Assembly (NCBI GenBank): GCA_040751955.1
Contig: JBFMFY010000013.1
Span: 548 to 64,547, forward strand
From: Bacteroidota bacterium
GTDB lineage: Bacteria; Bacteroidota; Ignavibacteria; UBA10030; UBA8401
Direction of reading: 5' to 3'
DNA: 64,000 nucleotides
Under the pieces are notes generated by a model that saw only the letters and a list, made by a program, of their open reading frames with translations, searched no databases and was not told where the DNA came from. Of the stretch, positions 30,425 through 41,438 are shown one piece after another; the stretch's first letter is position 1; each line of letters begins with the position of its first letter. A program made the position numbers and the translations under genes.

Positions 30425-31687
30425 ATGAAGAATGTTTTATTCATAACCTACTTCTGGCCCCCCTCCGGCAAAGCGTCGCTTCACTGGCCGTTGTACATCA
30501 TCAAGCATTTACCGAAATCAAACTGGCAGCCGAGCGTGTTGACGGTGGATGAAGATTCATTTTCGCACAAAGATACAAGCCTGCTTGCCGAAGTACCGCC
30601 AGATCTTGAAGTGTTGAAGACCGCGGCAAATGAGCCGTTCGATCTTTACAGAAAATTTCTCGGAAAGAAATCGGATGCTCCACTCGTCGCATCCGAGACG
30701 ATCTCATTGTCCGACAAAGGACTCCGTCACCGGTTTGCCATCTGGATACGGATGAATCTGTTCGTCCCCGATGCACGTATTGGATGGTTTTTCTCAGCGG
30801 TGAACGGCGGGCGGAAAATATTGTCGAGGAAAAATTTTGATGCGATCGTTTCCGTCGGTCCTCCCCACAGCGCCCATCTCATCGGCAAAAAATTAAGCAG
30901 AGAATTCAGCATTCCTCACATTCCTGTCCTGATCGATCCGTGGGTTGACATCGTTTACTACAAGGAATTTAAACGAAGCGCGCCGACACTTTCACTCGAT
31001 AATTATTTTGAACGGACGACATTTGCCAATGCACGGAGTGTTGTCTTCGTTACACAGAGCGCCCGGGAAGATTACATCAGAAAATACCCGTGGATCGAAA
31101 AAAAATCCCGCGTGCTGTATTGGGGATACAACGAGGAGAATTTTGAAAATCTGCACCGTACACCACAAACCTCGAACCCTGAAACAATCCTTCACGCCGG
31201 CAACATTTTCGATTACCAGAATCCGACCGGTTTCTGGAAAAACATAAAGCAGGAAATTGAGAAAGGACGGAACCTCCGGCTTCGTTTCATCGGTACAGTC
31301 AGCCCGGAAATAAAAAATACAATTGCGCAAGTTGGACTCAACGACTACACAGACTACAAAGGATTCCTGCCGTACAAAGAGGTTGTGCAAGAAATGGTGG
31401 ATGCATCATACCTGCTCGTCTGCGCAACGGAGAAACGCCACGTGCCGGGAAAATTATTTGAATACTTACGCACAGGAAACAGAATTATAGCATTCGGGGA
31501 TGACAATAAAGAAGTGGGAGAAATTCTGGAAAAGTCCAATGCAGGGAAGATTTTCTCTTACAATTACAGCGGGGATGATATATTACGGCAAACGGACTTG
31601 TTAAAGCCGAATGCAACGGATATCCGCAAATACAGCCGGGAAATTATTTCAGAAGAACTGGCAAAGATATTAGACGGAATGTCGTAG
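30425..31687 (+). CDS. Glycosyltransferase, GT4-like.
   Basis: MKNVLFITYFWPPSGKAS N-terminus, typical of GT-B family-4 enzymes. 420 aa. Confidence 0.45.
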   Translation: MKNVLFITYFWPPSGKASLHWPLYIIKHLPKSNWQPSVLTVDEDSFSHKDTSLLAEVPPDLEVLKTAANEPFDLYRKFLGKKSDAPLVASETISLSDKGLRHRFAIWIRMNLFVPDARIGWFFSAVNGGRKILSRKNFDAIVSVGPPHSAHLIGKKLSREFSIPHIPVLIDPWVDIVYYKEFKRSAPTLSLDNYFERTTFANARSVVFVTQSAREDYIRKYPWIEKKSRVLYWGYNEENFENLHRTPQTSNPETILHAGNIFDYQNPTGFWKNIKQEIEKGRNLRLRFIGTVSPEIKNTIAQVGLNDYTDYKGFLPYKEVVQEMVDASYLLVCATEKRHVPGKLFEYLRTGNRIIAFGDDNKEVGEILEKSNAGKIFSYNYSGDDILRQTDLLKPNATDIRKYSREIISEELAKILDGMS

Positions 31688-31727
31688 GCAATCCGGCTTC
31701 AAATCTGCGTTATCGGCGTAATCATTT

Positions 31728-32810
31728 CTAGAATTTATTCATCACTTCGATCACCCGCAACACGTCGCTTTCGGTATGACAAAATGAAATTGGAAGACTC
31801 AGCGTTGTCAAATGGATTTCCGATGAGATGGGAAAATCATCCGTCCCCAGTACACCCCTCATCGCATTCTGCTTATGCGGCGGTACGGGATAGTGAATTT
31901 CCGTTTTAATATCGTTCTTCAGCAAATACTCTTTCAACGCATCACGTTTGGGATGTCGGACGTTATAGATATGGAACACATCATAATAATCGGGATGGAC
32001 ATGCGGCTTGATGAAATCATTTTTCAGTCCGGTATGATATATTGACGCGAGTTTTCGTTTGTGATCGGTGATCTCTTTCAGGTGACGAAGTTTCACTGAG
32101 AGAAATCCTGCCTGCACTTCATCCAGCCGCGAATTGTACCCGACAACCTCGTTGTAATATTTCTTTTCCGAACCATAGTTGCGCAGCATCCTGATCTTCC
32201 CTGCAAATGCTTCATCATCTGTCGTTACGGCACCGCCGTCGCCAAGGCAGCCGAGATTCTTTGTGGGGTAAAAACTGAATGCACCGTAGCCGAATGTCCC
32301 GGTCATCTTCCCTTTATACATTGCACCGTGCGATTGGGCGCAGTCTTCGATCAATGCAAGATTGTGCTTCTTTGCAATTGTCACGATCGGATCCATATCG
32401 CACGATTTACCATACAGGTGCACGATCATAATCGCTTTCGTTTTCGACGTGATCGCCGCTTCGATTTTTTTCGGATCGATGTTGTATGTGCGGATGTCAG
32501 GCTCGACGAGAACGGGTTTTAGATCGTTTTGAAGAATGGAGAGGATGGTTGCAATGTATGTGTTGGACGGAACAATCACTTCGCTCCCCCGTTCGAACTT
32601 CAACGCACGGAGGCAAAGAATGAGCGCATCAAGTCCGTTCGCAACACCGACACAGAATTTGTTCGTATTAAATGCAGCGAACTCCTCCTCGAAATTCTTC
32701 ACCGCATTCCCCAGGATAAACCAGCCGCTGTTCAAAGTCGCATCGAATGATTGCTTGTATTCGTTGAAGAATTTCTCATTCGCTTTTTTTAGATTTTCGT
32801 ATTCGATCAT
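31728..32810 (-). CDS. DegT/DnrJ/EryC1/StrS-family PLP-dependent sugar aminotransferase.
   Basis: [10 protein letters not shown], a K-containing SFYPTKNLG segment, MLRNYG. Confidence 0.85.
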   Translation of the reverse strand: MIEYENLKKANEKFFNEYKQSFDATLNSGWFILGNAVKNFEEEFAAFNTNKFCVGVANGLDALILCLRALKFERGSEVIVPSNTYIATILSILQNDLKPVLVEPDIRTYNIDPKKIEAAITSKTKAIMIVHLYGKSCDMDPIVTIAKKHNLALIEDCAQSHGAMYKGKMTGTFGYGAFSFYPTKNLGCLGDGGAVTTDDEAFAGKIRMLRNYGSEKKYYNEVVGYNSRLDEVQAGFLSVKLRHLKEITDHKRKLASIYHTGLKNDFIKPHVHPDYYDVFHIYNVRHPKRDALKEYLLKNDIKTEIHYPVPPHKQNAMRGVLGTDDFPISSEIHLTTLSLPISFCHTESDVLRVIEVMNKF

Positions 32811-33172
32811 GGGTACGGCTCGTAAATATAATCCTTGGGATCAAAAGGTTCAGAAGCAAAGACAAGAAAAACGGCATCGCGAGTAAAATGATGCATTGTG
32901 TGCCAGTCGCGCGGCTCAAGGATAAGGCATTTGCTTGGGTGGTCGAGCACGAAATCCTGTTTCACTGTTCCGTCATTGTTGGAAACGATGCAACTGCCGT
33001 GCACACAAATGCACGCCTGATACGTTGTGCGATGACGGTGCCCGCCGCGCACCGAATCATCAACGCCGTAAATATAAAATGTCCTTTTCACGGTGAACGG
33101 TATCTCTTTTTCAATCACCGTAAGATTGCCGCGTTTGTCGCTGTGCGTCGTTAAATTGATCAGGTAAGCCAT
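32807..33172 (-). CDS. FdtA/WxcM-like cupin sugar 3,4-ketoisomerase.
   Basis: 121 aa. TFYIYGV...RGGHRH...LILEPRDWH cupin motif. ATGA overlap with the aminotransferase gene. Confidence 0.65.
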   Translation of the reverse strand: MAYLINLTTHSDKRGNLTVIEKEIPFTVKRTFYIYGVDDSVRGGHRHRTTYQACICVHGSCIVSNNDGTVKQDFVLDHPSKCLILEPRDWHTMHHFTRDAVFLVFASEPFDPKDYIYEPYP

Positions 33173-34153
33173 TTACAAGAATTTTCCCAAAGGATATATG
33201 TGATAAATACCAAATGCTTTTCGATAGAGAAACAAGATCGGCGTTTTCCAGTTCAACGGCCTTTTCCCGGCACCATGTGAATCGAACGACGAATCGATCG
33301 TTTCAATCTCTTTTTTTGCCTTCTCCAATTCGATGAAGTACGGTGAATAGACCGTTGTCATGATCGTGTCTGTCAATTCCCTTCTTCCCAATTCCACTGT
33401 CCCATCATCAAAAAATTTGACGTAGTGAAAATGATAAAAAATTACTGGAAATTCTTTCCCGGATTTTTTCTCTTTCCCGATCAATCTACCATTTTTTTGA
33501 AAAACATCATACTGCTGCACGTTCCACGCAGCCATGCCGCCGCCGAGATGCTGCAGTTCGTGCACTCCTTCGAAACGTGTCGTCCAGTCATCGAGATATT
33601 TCTGGTCTCCGAATTTGCCATCCTCAAACCGGGCGTAACACCATTCAATGCAGCGTTCGCGCCACCATCGCAACACTTTCGGTCCCCGCTCGTCATTCCT
33701 GAACGACACAAACTGCACGCAGTACTTTCCTGTTTTTGCTTCCTTGTTGTACTGCGGCGAATAGCGGTGTTCTGTGATCATCACGGAAGCGTTCTCCATC
33801 TCATCAAACAATACTTTCGGTGAATCGAAGAACATCATATCTGCATCCAGATATGTGCACATCTCGACGTTGAATTTTTCGAGCACGTACAGAATTGTTG
33901 ACGATGTGCAGGTCCAGCAATACTCCGCACGGCTGCGAGACGGCTTTATTTGCAGCAATTCTTCATCTTCAAACTCATTCAGTGAAATGACTGTCGCGTG
34001 TTCCAATCCGAGTTGTTTCAGTACAAGGAGAGTCTTTTCATCAAATGCAAAGATATAGAGATGGAAAGAATCGCAGACGCGTTCGAGCGAACGGTACAGC
34101 GTCAATCCGCGTGAAAGATAATTCGAATCGAACAACGTGCAGAAATTATACAT
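33173..34153 (-). CDS. Putative GT-A fold nucleotide-diphospho-sugar transferase with a DxD motif.
   Basis: CTLFDSNYL...YLDADMMFF. Confidence 0.45.
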   Translation of the reverse strand: MYNFCTLFDSNYLSRGLTLYRSLERVCDSFHLYIFAFDEKTLLVLKQLGLEHATVISLNEFEDEELLQIKPSRSRAEYCWTCTSSTILYVLEKFNVEMCTYLDADMMFFDSPKVLFDEMENASVMITEHRYSPQYNKEAKTGKYCVQFVSFRNDERGPKVLRWWRERCIEWCYARFEDGKFGDQKYLDDWTTRFEGVHELQHLGGGMAAWNVQQYDVFQKNGRLIGKEKKSGKEFPVIFYHFHYVKFFDDGTVELGRRELTDTIMTTVYSPYFIELEKAKKEIETIDSSFDSHGAGKRPLNWKTPILFLYRKAFGIYHIYPLGKFL

Positions 34154-34862
34154 TTTTCACCTTGCGGGCGAGGACGATGTTATCGAGATAGAGGTCGTCA
34201 TTGGCAGGAAGGATAACAGCGAAGAATGAAGCTACGATCGTTATCAGCGACATGACTGTCAATGTAACGAACTGACGGAGCAATTTGTTATGGAAGGTCT
34301 TTTTGTACAGATAGCCATTCATGAGTTGGGCGATGACCCGGACATCGTTGACGCTTTTGAGATGCTGCTGAACGGTGAAGCCGTGCTGCTCCAGTACATG
34401 CCTAATTCCAAAGGACGAATAGCGTGCAAAATCGTACGGCTGCTCGTGCTCATCCCACACGAACGGCACGGTGAGAAGTAAAACTCCATCCTTCTTGAGC
34501 ACTCTGTTGATTTCATTCAGGAAATCAGACGGATTAAAGACATGCTCAAACACCTGATTCGTGACAACGGAATCGAACTCCTCATTTTTAAACGGAAACG
34601 TGCTGCCGTCGTAAAAGACATCCGCTTTTTTCCGTTCACGGTTCAGTGTCGTCTCGATCTCTAATCCGATGTATTGCGATGAATGGAAATATTTCTCATA
34701 CGGTTTTGTCCCGCATCCGACATCAAGCGTCTTGCCTGTGATGTTGTTTCCTAGAGAAGCAATGCTCTTCAGCAGCCCTTTGCGTGCGATGTAGAATGGA
34801 TTGACAAATATCCCAAGGAGACTTGGTTCAAATTGTTCCTGCTCAATACGCTGTTTCAGCAT
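34146..34862 (-). CDS. Class I SAM-dependent methyltransferase (Methyltransf_11-like).
   Basis: LDVGCGTKPY motif I, then VVTNQVFEHV and DGVLLL. Confidence 0.75.
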   Translation of the reverse strand: MLKQRIEQEQFEPSLLGIFVNPFYIARKGLLKSIASLGNNITGKTLDVGCGTKPYEKYFHSSQYIGLEIETTLNRERKKADVFYDGSTFPFKNEEFDSVVTNQVFEHVFNPSDFLNEINRVLKKDGVLLLTVPFVWDEHEQPYDFARYSSFGIRHVLEQHGFTVQQHLKSVNDVRVIAQLMNGYLYKKTFHNKLLRQFVTLTVMSLITIVASFFAVILPANDDLYLDNIVLARKVKNV

Positions 34863-34865
34863 GAA

Positions 34866-35540
34866 TTATATTTTCTCCAATAAAAAGACCGGGACAAGTT
34901 GAAAAAGATTTGGAAAGTCTTGCAACAGACGATCTTTTATTGGATTGCTTGACCGTTCCAACCGGCATTCGACGACGTGCAAGCCGCCGACATCGTCCAG
35001 TAACTCATAAAAATCTTCAAACGACAACTGGTGGATATGTCCCGTTGAATACCATTTGTATTCGAACAACATTCTCTTCGGCATGCGGCCGTTCAATAAC
35101 AAGTCGAGGCGGTTTCTCCAGAATGCAAAATTAGGAAACGAGATGATCTGGTATTTTGCAACCCGCTTCATTTCCCGCACCAGCACTTCGGGATACATCA
35201 CCATCTGTATAGTCACATTGCAAATAGCGTAATCAAAAGCATTGTCATCAAACGGAAGCGTTTGATCTATTGCACCGAACTGCACATTCAATCCACGCTC
35301 TTTACAAATACGCACACCGCTTTCGGAAATCTCCAATCCGGTTTCCTTTACTGATTTCTCTTTTTTCAATCGTGCAAGCAGTGCGCCGTTGCCGCATCCC
35401 AGATCGATAACCTTGGAATTCATCTTGACCATATCAACAATGATCGGATACTCGTACCGCTCGGAATCCTCATAGCCAGAGTAGTCGTATTTGCGGTTGT
35501 CGTTCCTTTGCGGATCGTCAAGATGGTGTGTATTGTTCAT
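34866..35540 (-). CDS. MetW-like SAM-dependent methyltransferase.
   Basis: VIDLGCGNGALL...FDYAICNVTIQ and MetW-like YKWYSTGHIHQLSFEDF C-terminus. Confidence 0.65.
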   Translation of the reverse strand: MNNTHHLDDPQRNDNRKYDYSGYEDSERYEYPIIVDMVKMNSKVIDLGCGNGALLARLKKEKSVKETGLEISESGVRICKERGLNVQFGAIDQTLPFDDNAFDYAICNVTIQMVMYPEVLVREMKRVAKYQIISFPNFAFWRNRLDLLLNGRMPKRMLFEYKWYSTGHIHQLSFEDFYELLDDVGGLHVVECRLERSSNPIKDRLLQDFPNLFQLVPVFLLEKI

Positions 35541-36439
35541 GTGGAAAATAGTGATCGTAATTTATTCAATGCGCGGCGTGGCAATGAAGAACGCACTGAC
35601 CGAAAGAATTCAACATATGCCTGTCGTGCTTCTTGATTTTCCACGATGGGAATATCGTTTAACACAATTGGAGTTTGAGCGACAGACGTTCTGAAATCGG
35701 TCAACGATTTTGTATGTGTGCCCGATTCCCCCTCGCCAATATTGTTGACCAATGAACGTCCCGGGAAAAGGGTCAATTTTTCCAATAAAAAAGCAGAGGC
35801 GTGCCATCGAACTGCCCACGAATCGACCTTACCGCTGATTTGTTCTCTGAGCATCTTCATGTACCCGTAGGTACCGTCGAAATCGAAACGATGCTGCAAA
35901 TTTTTTTCTTTCAATTGTCGAAGCAATTTTTTGCTGTCTGGTTCGAACAATTCCCACCCCCGTTTCCATGTAGCCCACCCCCAGCAATCGGCGCCGCGAA
36001 GGAAAAAAGTTTCGGGAAGCGGTTTTGCTGTCGGATACGAATAGCCGTGAATGCTGATCACTTGTTCTTCATGCTCGTATTTTTCCAGCGCTTCGTTCAT
36101 ATACCGCAAAAAATACGGCGACGTCACGAGATCATCCTCTACAACGATTACTTTGCCGAAGCGGTTAACGATTTGCGTGACGCCGTCAATAACCGAATTC
36201 GCAAGACCGAAATTACGGTCACGTTCAATGATCTGTACGGATTTGAACCCTTTGAGTGATGATAAATACTTTCTGACTTCCTTCACAGCCGGTATATCCG
36301 ATTCACGCCTCGGACCATCTGAAAAAATAATGAGATCGCTCTCTAACGATAATAAATTTTTTTGCAACGCATGAACGGTTAACCGTGTATGCTCAAGACG
36401 GTTGAAGACAAATACTAATATGGGAGCCGGTACTGTCAC
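35537..36439 (-). CDS. Glycosyltransferase, GT2/GT-A like.
   Basis: PILVFVFNRLEHTRLTVHAL ... VVEDDL (DxD). Confidence 0.55.
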   Translation of the reverse strand: MTVPAPILVFVFNRLEHTRLTVHALQKNLLSLESDLIIFSDGPRRESDIPAVKEVRKYLSSLKGFKSVQIIERDRNFGLANSVIDGVTQIVNRFGKVIVVEDDLVTSPYFLRYMNEALEKYEHEEQVISIHGYSYPTAKPLPETFFLRGADCWGWATWKRGWELFEPDSKKLLRQLKEKNLQHRFDFDGTYGYMKMLREQISGKVDSWAVRWHASAFLLEKLTLFPGRSLVNNIGEGESGTHTKSLTDFRTSVAQTPIVLNDIPIVENQEARQAYVEFFRSVRSSLPRRALNKLRSLFST

Positions 36440-37929
36440 CGTCTGAATTGATTCTTTCCGAATGCTCTCTGTTGAACCAGTTCAAGCGGTTTCAGCAAAG
36501 ACCATTCCGATATTGCTTTTGCTATTTCTCTCGTCTTGAAAGCTCTACAGTAAATATAATCAAAACCTTTGCCGAATATTGATCGGAGTGATAGTCTGTG
36601 AGCCGCAGAGTCAATTCTGTACGAAAGATTGCTCACGACTATTAAAAGTGGAAATGGAATGAACCTGACTTTCATGATCATATCATTGATCCATTCAATT
36701 CTTCGAGTAGTCACGATTCCTTTGAAATATTTGGGGTCAAGAAGATCGTTACGCGTCAGTGTCTTGCGCATCGTTTTCACATCGAGGACATTATCGTCAC
36801 TCACCGGTTTAATATGACCTGCGTCGTTCTCTAGATCCAAACCGTTTCTTCTAAAAAAATCTCGCAGCCACACTCGATCTGTCCTTCGACTCTGAGGCAT
36901 GTTCAATTGCGACATCGCCACGGTCAGATCATAAAACGGAGTATAGGTTTCATAAAAAAGCGACGCTGTGCGAAAAATATATGACGCAAGACCGATCCTA
37001 CCACGACGGGCAAAGACAATCCTGAACAATCTGTCTTCCTTCAACCGCTGAGCATTTTTTTCAAATATTTCTCTTTTTATTGCATGATCCGTTTTCACTT
37101 CAATAAAATCTGAAGAGATTGAAATACCATGATTGAAAAAGAGCGATCCAAAATCAAGATGGTTTTTGGGAACTGAAAGCGGAATCTTCTCTCCGCTCCA
37201 CCAATCGCCGACACTGCCGGATAGAACAATAAAATCCTTGCCCTTCATTTGATTAATCTTGTCATACAGTTCAAAGTGGTATGACGCATGAATCGGCATT
37301 TCAAGACCAAATGTATCAAAATTCCTTTGGACATAATCGCTGTTCCAATATTGATCGAGGGAAATTTGCTCCCAATTGATATTTAGACGAGTACTCACTT
37401 CGTGGGCTCTTACAACCTCGAATGAATATTTTTCACTCAGGCTGATATCGTACGTTATAGCGTCTATCCGTGATTTATCCTGAATGAGCGTTGCAAGAAG
37501 TCTCGAATCATAACCACCCGAGAGCGGTAAAAGAAATCTTTTTTGTACATGGCGCTCCCTTGATTCACCTTCAAATGCAGCAACGTGCTGTTGCAAGTGC
37601 ATTATTGCCTCTTCTTCGCTGCTAGACTTCCCGACATATACATCGATCGGATCGGGTTCCTCTCTGATCTCCAACCGTAGGTCGGTGTTGTCAGTTTCGT
37701 GGACTGTAAGGATGGACGAATGCCTCAAGAACTTGACATCTTTGATCGGTGTTTGCTCGAACACCTGGTATCCAAAGGATAAGTAATTATACAATCCTTC
37801 CATATCGAACTCAAAATTATTCCAATCAATGACATCAAGCATGTTGCAACTGACTCTTTTTGTCCGGGAATTATAATATACCGGAGAGCTATTGATCCAA
37901 TCTGTTCGAAATGTGCTGATGTGATTCAT
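36436..37929 (-). CDS. Asparagine synthetase (AsnB) C-terminal-domain-like amidotransferase.
   Basis: PP-loop LPLSGGYDSRLLATL. No obvious N-terminal Cys glutaminase domain. Confidence 0.55.
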   Translation of the reverse strand: MNHISTFRTDWINSSPVYYNSRTKRVSCNMLDVIDWNNFEFDMEGLYNYLSFGYQVFEQTPIKDVKFLRHSSILTVHETDNTDLRLEIREEPDPIDVYVGKSSSEEEAIMHLQQHVAAFEGESRERHVQKRFLLPLSGGYDSRLLATLIQDKSRIDAITYDISLSEKYSFEVVRAHEVSTRLNINWEQISLDQYWNSDYVQRNFDTFGLEMPIHASYHFELYDKINQMKGKDFIVLSGSVGDWWSGEKIPLSVPKNHLDFGSLFFNHGISISSDFIEVKTDHAIKREIFEKNAQRLKEDRLFRIVFARRGRIGLASYIFRTASLFYETYTPFYDLTVAMSQLNMPQSRRTDRVWLRDFFRRNGLDLENDAGHIKPVSDDNVLDVKTMRKTLTRNDLLDPKYFKGIVTTRRIEWINDMIMKVRFIPFPLLIVVSNLSYRIDSAAHRLSLRSIFGKGFDYIYCRAFKTREIAKAISEWSLLKPLELVQQRAFGKNQFRR

Positions 37930-37967
37930 AGAATGAAATTTTTATCAGACAAAAAAGGGAATACAAA

Positions 37968-39158
37968 TCATCGCTGTATCATAGCTTTCTTGAAATATTC
38001 CGTATCCATTAACTGTGCTACGATCATGTGAGAGAGCAATGCGATCGGTACTGAAATCGGAACGAATCTATATCGCTGCACTGCCTGTCTTACATCTGTT
38101 TCCTGAAAAATAATATCCTGAGCAAAATTTCCCCACCGCTCGCTCGGCATCAGATCGATCGTCATACCGGCGTGTGCAGACGGCAGCAACATGTTCGATC
38201 CATGCACCCCGATGACAATTGCACTCTCGGAATACACTCCGCATAATCGGCGTTCGGTCTGCATCGTGAAGACTGCCGTCCGTTGGTCGTCAATCCATTC
38301 GGGAAACCGGGTTGACGCTCCAGCACCGGCAACCGTGTACAGCAACTCCGGAAATCTCTTCCGTAATTTTTTAAAGAGCGAGACGATCTTCCTGTTCTGC
38401 ATCTGACGGAATATCTGCATCATCTTCATCCTTTTTGCAGCAGCAATAACATACCGGTTGGCGAACCAGGGACGGTCGTCTCTCCAAATGAATGTGATAC
38501 GGGAGGGCGACATATCGGTTCCGTGCCGTCGCATCCTCGTAAACAAAGAGATATCCGCTACCTGAGGATGGGAATGTGCTTTGCTGAGAAAAATCCGTGA
38601 AAATCTTTTACACTCCTTTTCTATAGTTCGTTGAAGTGTGGGATAATAGTTTCTCCCCTTTGACAGCGGCAATTTTACCGTCCATACTTCCGCCACACCG
38701 TCGGGAACCATCCATCGAAGAAAATCCTGAACGATGACCACCAGTCCGATTTTTGCATCGTTCAGTAAGTGACGTTCCGCATTCAACAGTTTCAGGAGTG
38801 CATGTCCGTATAAATAATCGATCGTATTCAAAAGAACTACCTTTTTTGTCCGGCGGAATATCTCAACGTTCAGTTCGATCTCGTCGTTCTGCGGATGAGT
38901 CAGTGAATATAACAATGGTTCGCCGAACCACCGGCGAACTTCCGAAGGACAAAACAATTCTTGTGTCGCGAGATTCACGGTATAATCATTGAGCGATCCA
39001 TGTCCTGATGGGAGCGTCGAGATCAGTTTTTGCTTGGTAGCGCTGCACACGGTTTCAACGCACGTATGCATCCCCTGCCACACGATCTTTTCGGGAACAA
39101 GGATCCCCCCGTACGGTGAAGGTCGTTCAAATTCTATTTTCGGATAGATCTGGATCAT
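37968..39158 (-). CDS. Hypothetical protein, possibly a GT61/DUF563-like glycosyltransferase.
   Basis: IGVHGSNMLLP resembles the DUF563 G-x-HG-A-G motif. Assignment is weak. Confidence 0.3.
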   Translation of the reverse strand: MIQIYPKIEFERPSPYGGILVPEKIVWQGMHTCVETVCSATKQKLISTLPSGHGSLNDYTVNLATQELFCPSEVRRWFGEPLLYSLTHPQNDEIELNVEIFRRTKKVVLLNTIDYLYGHALLKLLNAERHLLNDAKIGLVVIVQDFLRWMVPDGVAEVWTVKLPLSKGRNYYPTLQRTIEKECKRFSRIFLSKAHSHPQVADISLFTRMRRHGTDMSPSRITFIWRDDRPWFANRYVIAAAKRMKMMQIFRQMQNRKIVSLFKKLRKRFPELLYTVAGAGASTRFPEWIDDQRTAVFTMQTERRLCGVYSESAIVIGVHGSNMLLPSAHAGMTIDLMPSERWGNFAQDIIFQETDVRQAVQRYRFVPISVPIALLSHMIVAQLMDTEYFKKAMIQR

Positions 39159-39946
39159 AAAATGCGGGAGATGCTTTCCGGCGACAGTGCAACATAATTC
39201 GCGTACTGATAATTCTCCATACTTACCTCATACGCACGCGGTTCCAGTCTGTGTTTCATGATCTTGAACAGGCGAAACCCGGCATCCTGAAGCAGATGAT
39301 ACAATTGCCGCAGCGTCGTTCCGGAATCCAGGTTCGCACCGCCGTATTCAAACTGTATCGCCTTAATAAAGCCGGCATTCAGGTATGCTCCCAATCCTCG
39401 GAAAGCGGCAAGTTCGTGCCCTTCAATGTCAATCTTCAGGAAATCTATCTTTTGAATATTCTGTTTCGATAGATACTCATCAAGGCGAACAAGTGCTATC
39501 GTCTCTTTTTTATTCATCGTGACATTCACCGAGGAAAGGTCGCGTTGATACAGTGAAGCGAATCCACTTTTCTCGGCGTCATAGAAAATTTCGGAAGCAC
39601 CGTTAGTATCCGACACACCGGTGTTGTTTAAAAATATATTTTGGTCATGTGAAAATTTCTGCCGGAGAGTCGTGAAGCATGACTGTGTCGGCTCGAACAA
39701 GTACAGTCGATAGTGCAATCCCTTACGTTTACATATATCAATAAGAACCTCCGAATACCCTCCTACATTCGCACCGACATCGAACAGGACAACATCGCCC
39801 TGCAGCGAATGGATGTACCGTCGTAAAAACTCCTCTTCGCCGTTGGTATGGAAGTCCGCATTGTTGTTGTTTTCCAGACGATTGAAAAGGGTGAACAGCA
39901 CACTCCGTACACGTGAAAGCAGTATATTTGCTTTAGATGGTTTCAT
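39155..39946 (-). CDS. FkbM-family methyltransferase.
   Basis: LFDVGANVGGYS motif. The ORF opens at 40117, but the internal Met at 39946 avoids a 160-nt overlap with the upstream gene. Confidence 0.65.
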   Translation of the reverse strand: MKPSKANILLSRVRSVLFTLFNRLENNNNADFHTNGEEEFLRRYIHSLQGDVVLFDVGANVGGYSEVLIDICKRKGLHYRLYLFEPTQSCFTTLRQKFSHDQNIFLNNTGVSDTNGASEIFYDAEKSGFASLYQRDLSSVNVTMNKKETIALVRLDEYLSKQNIQKIDFLKIDIEGHELAAFRGLGAYLNAGFIKAIQFEYGGANLDSGTTLRQLYHLLQDAGFRLFKIMKHRLEPRAYEVSMENYQYANYVALSPESISRIL

Positions 39947-39953
39947 ACCATGG

Positions 39954-40676
39954 TCACAATAACCGGGTGGAAAAGAAATCTTTATTCTTTTCACCTGCAA
40001 TTGCCTTCCAAATTCTTTTAGGATGTATCTTATTTGCAATTTGCCAACCGATTGATGGGCGCTGAAGCATGTACGGGTTGGAGAACACCTTATCCCAAAA
40101 TTCGTCTTCATTTTCAACTATTTTCAACGGGATATTACCCACGAATTCTAAACCAACGGCAACAATCCCCGGAAAAAACTCATCAATAGAAAAGAGGTCT
40201 CGTTTTCGCAATGACATTGAATATTCGGTAAATTTTTTCACCATTGAGAGATTAATCTTCTTTTTATCCAGACAAATAATTTCTCCACCAACTATATCAA
40301 GTATATTTAGATGAACTTCAAAATTGTAGATGTAATCATACAGGGGTCTTGGAAATTCAATATAGGCTTTGTTCCCGACCCTTTGTATTTCCGAAACCAA
40401 CAGTGGCAATTCTGATACCGGAACATGTTCAAGCACATGAGAACAAATTATATAATCAAATGATGCATCCTTAAATGGAAGTTTCCCTTTTTCAATCTTA
40501 AACAACGGCTTCCCCTTTGTGTTGAGATCTGCTCCTCCAAATTGTGTACGATCTACGTCGCTGGATTCATCGAAGATGTCGGCACAACAATCTGATCTCC
40601 AAAAGGGGTACGCCCCGGGTCCGATTTCAAGAACAACGTCCGATGATCTGATATTCATTACCTGCGGGAAAAACAT
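39954..40676 (-). CDS. Class I SAM-dependent methyltransferase.
   Basis: VLEIGPGAYPF motif I. FDYIICSHVLEHVP. Confidence 0.65.
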   Translation of the reverse strand: MFFPQVMNIRSSDVVLEIGPGAYPFWRSDCCADIFDESSDVDRTQFGGADLNTKGKPLFKIEKGKLPFKDASFDYIICSHVLEHVPVSELPLLVSEIQRVGNKAYIEFPRPLYDYIYNFEVHLNILDIVGGEIICLDKKKINLSMVKKFTEYSMSLRKRDLFSIDEFFPGIVAVGLEFVGNIPLKIVENEDEFWDKVFSNPYMLQRPSIGWQIANKIHPKRIWKAIAGEKNKDFFSTRLL

Positions 40677-40682
40677 ACTTTC

Positions 40683-41438
40683 TTATTTGCCTTTTTGAAA
40701 TGAAAATAATCCAACAGTATACCCATTGCTGGATCGAAATGATTCTAATAATTGACTGTCAACGATATAAAGTTCTTCAGATATCGTACATCCAATAAAA
40801 AGTGATACCAGATATTCCTTTGAGAATGATCTATGCCCATTGAAATAAACTCTGTTTTCTCTCTCAACTGGTACACTAAAATAAATATACCCGCCCGGTT
40901 TAGTCACCCGCACCAACTCGCCGATCGCCTTTTCACTCCCCATCGGATCGAGCGGATCGCCGTAGCGTCCCAAGCCGATATGCTCTACCACGCACAGCGA
41001 TGAGATTGATTCGATCGAATCGTTTTCGAACGGCAGGTCGAGTATCGAACCTTTTTGAAAGTAAAGATTCTCCAGTTGCAATTCCACAGGCCTGATATCG
41101 ACCATTGTGGTCGGAACGAATTGCGAAATGATTGCAATTGTTTTGGCAGAACTTCCGACGTCGTAATGGTGCTTCGGTTTGTTCTCGAATATTTTCCGCG
41201 CCGCCCATGCATCCTGATAGAAATACACCGAATCGAGCGGAGTTGTCTCGGTTTTATCGGTCAAGCAGGGATACCAATCCAGGAAAGAGATTGAAAAATT
41301 AGTATTGGAAGGGAGCGAGATGTACTTCGTGTAGTCAAACAAAAACCGGAACATGTTCGCCAGTATCGCAATGATATTCCACCCATATTGGGGTTTTAAA
41401 AGAATGTAGAGCCGATAGAGGAGTTTCAGTACTTTCAT
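40683..41438 (-). CDS. DUF268-like putative methyltransferase.
   Basis: HYDVGSS...LCVVEHIGLGRYGD...GGYIYFSVP, matching the DUF268 SAM-MTase fold. Confidence 0.45.
   Translation of the reverse strand: MKVLKLLYRLYILLKPQYGWNIIAILANMFRFLFDYTKYISLPSNTNFSISFLDWYPCLTDKTETTPLDSVYFYQDAWAARKIFENKPKHHYDVGSSAKTIAIISQFVPTTMVDIRPVELQLENLYFQKGSILDLPFENDSIESISSLCVVEHIGLGRYGDPLDPMGSEKAIGELVRVTKPGGYIYFSVPVERENRVYFNGHRSFSKEYLVSLFIGCTISEELYIVDSQLLESFRSSNGYTVGLFSFQKGK

Noticed and set aside
39954-40117. A 160-nt overlap between the FkbM methyltransferase ORF and the upstream methyltransferase gene
   Set aside because: The overlap disappears if the FkbM gene starts at the internal Met at 39946, which is MKPSKANILL immediately before the conserved domain. 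Start-site choice is uncertain but no real gene overlap is implied.
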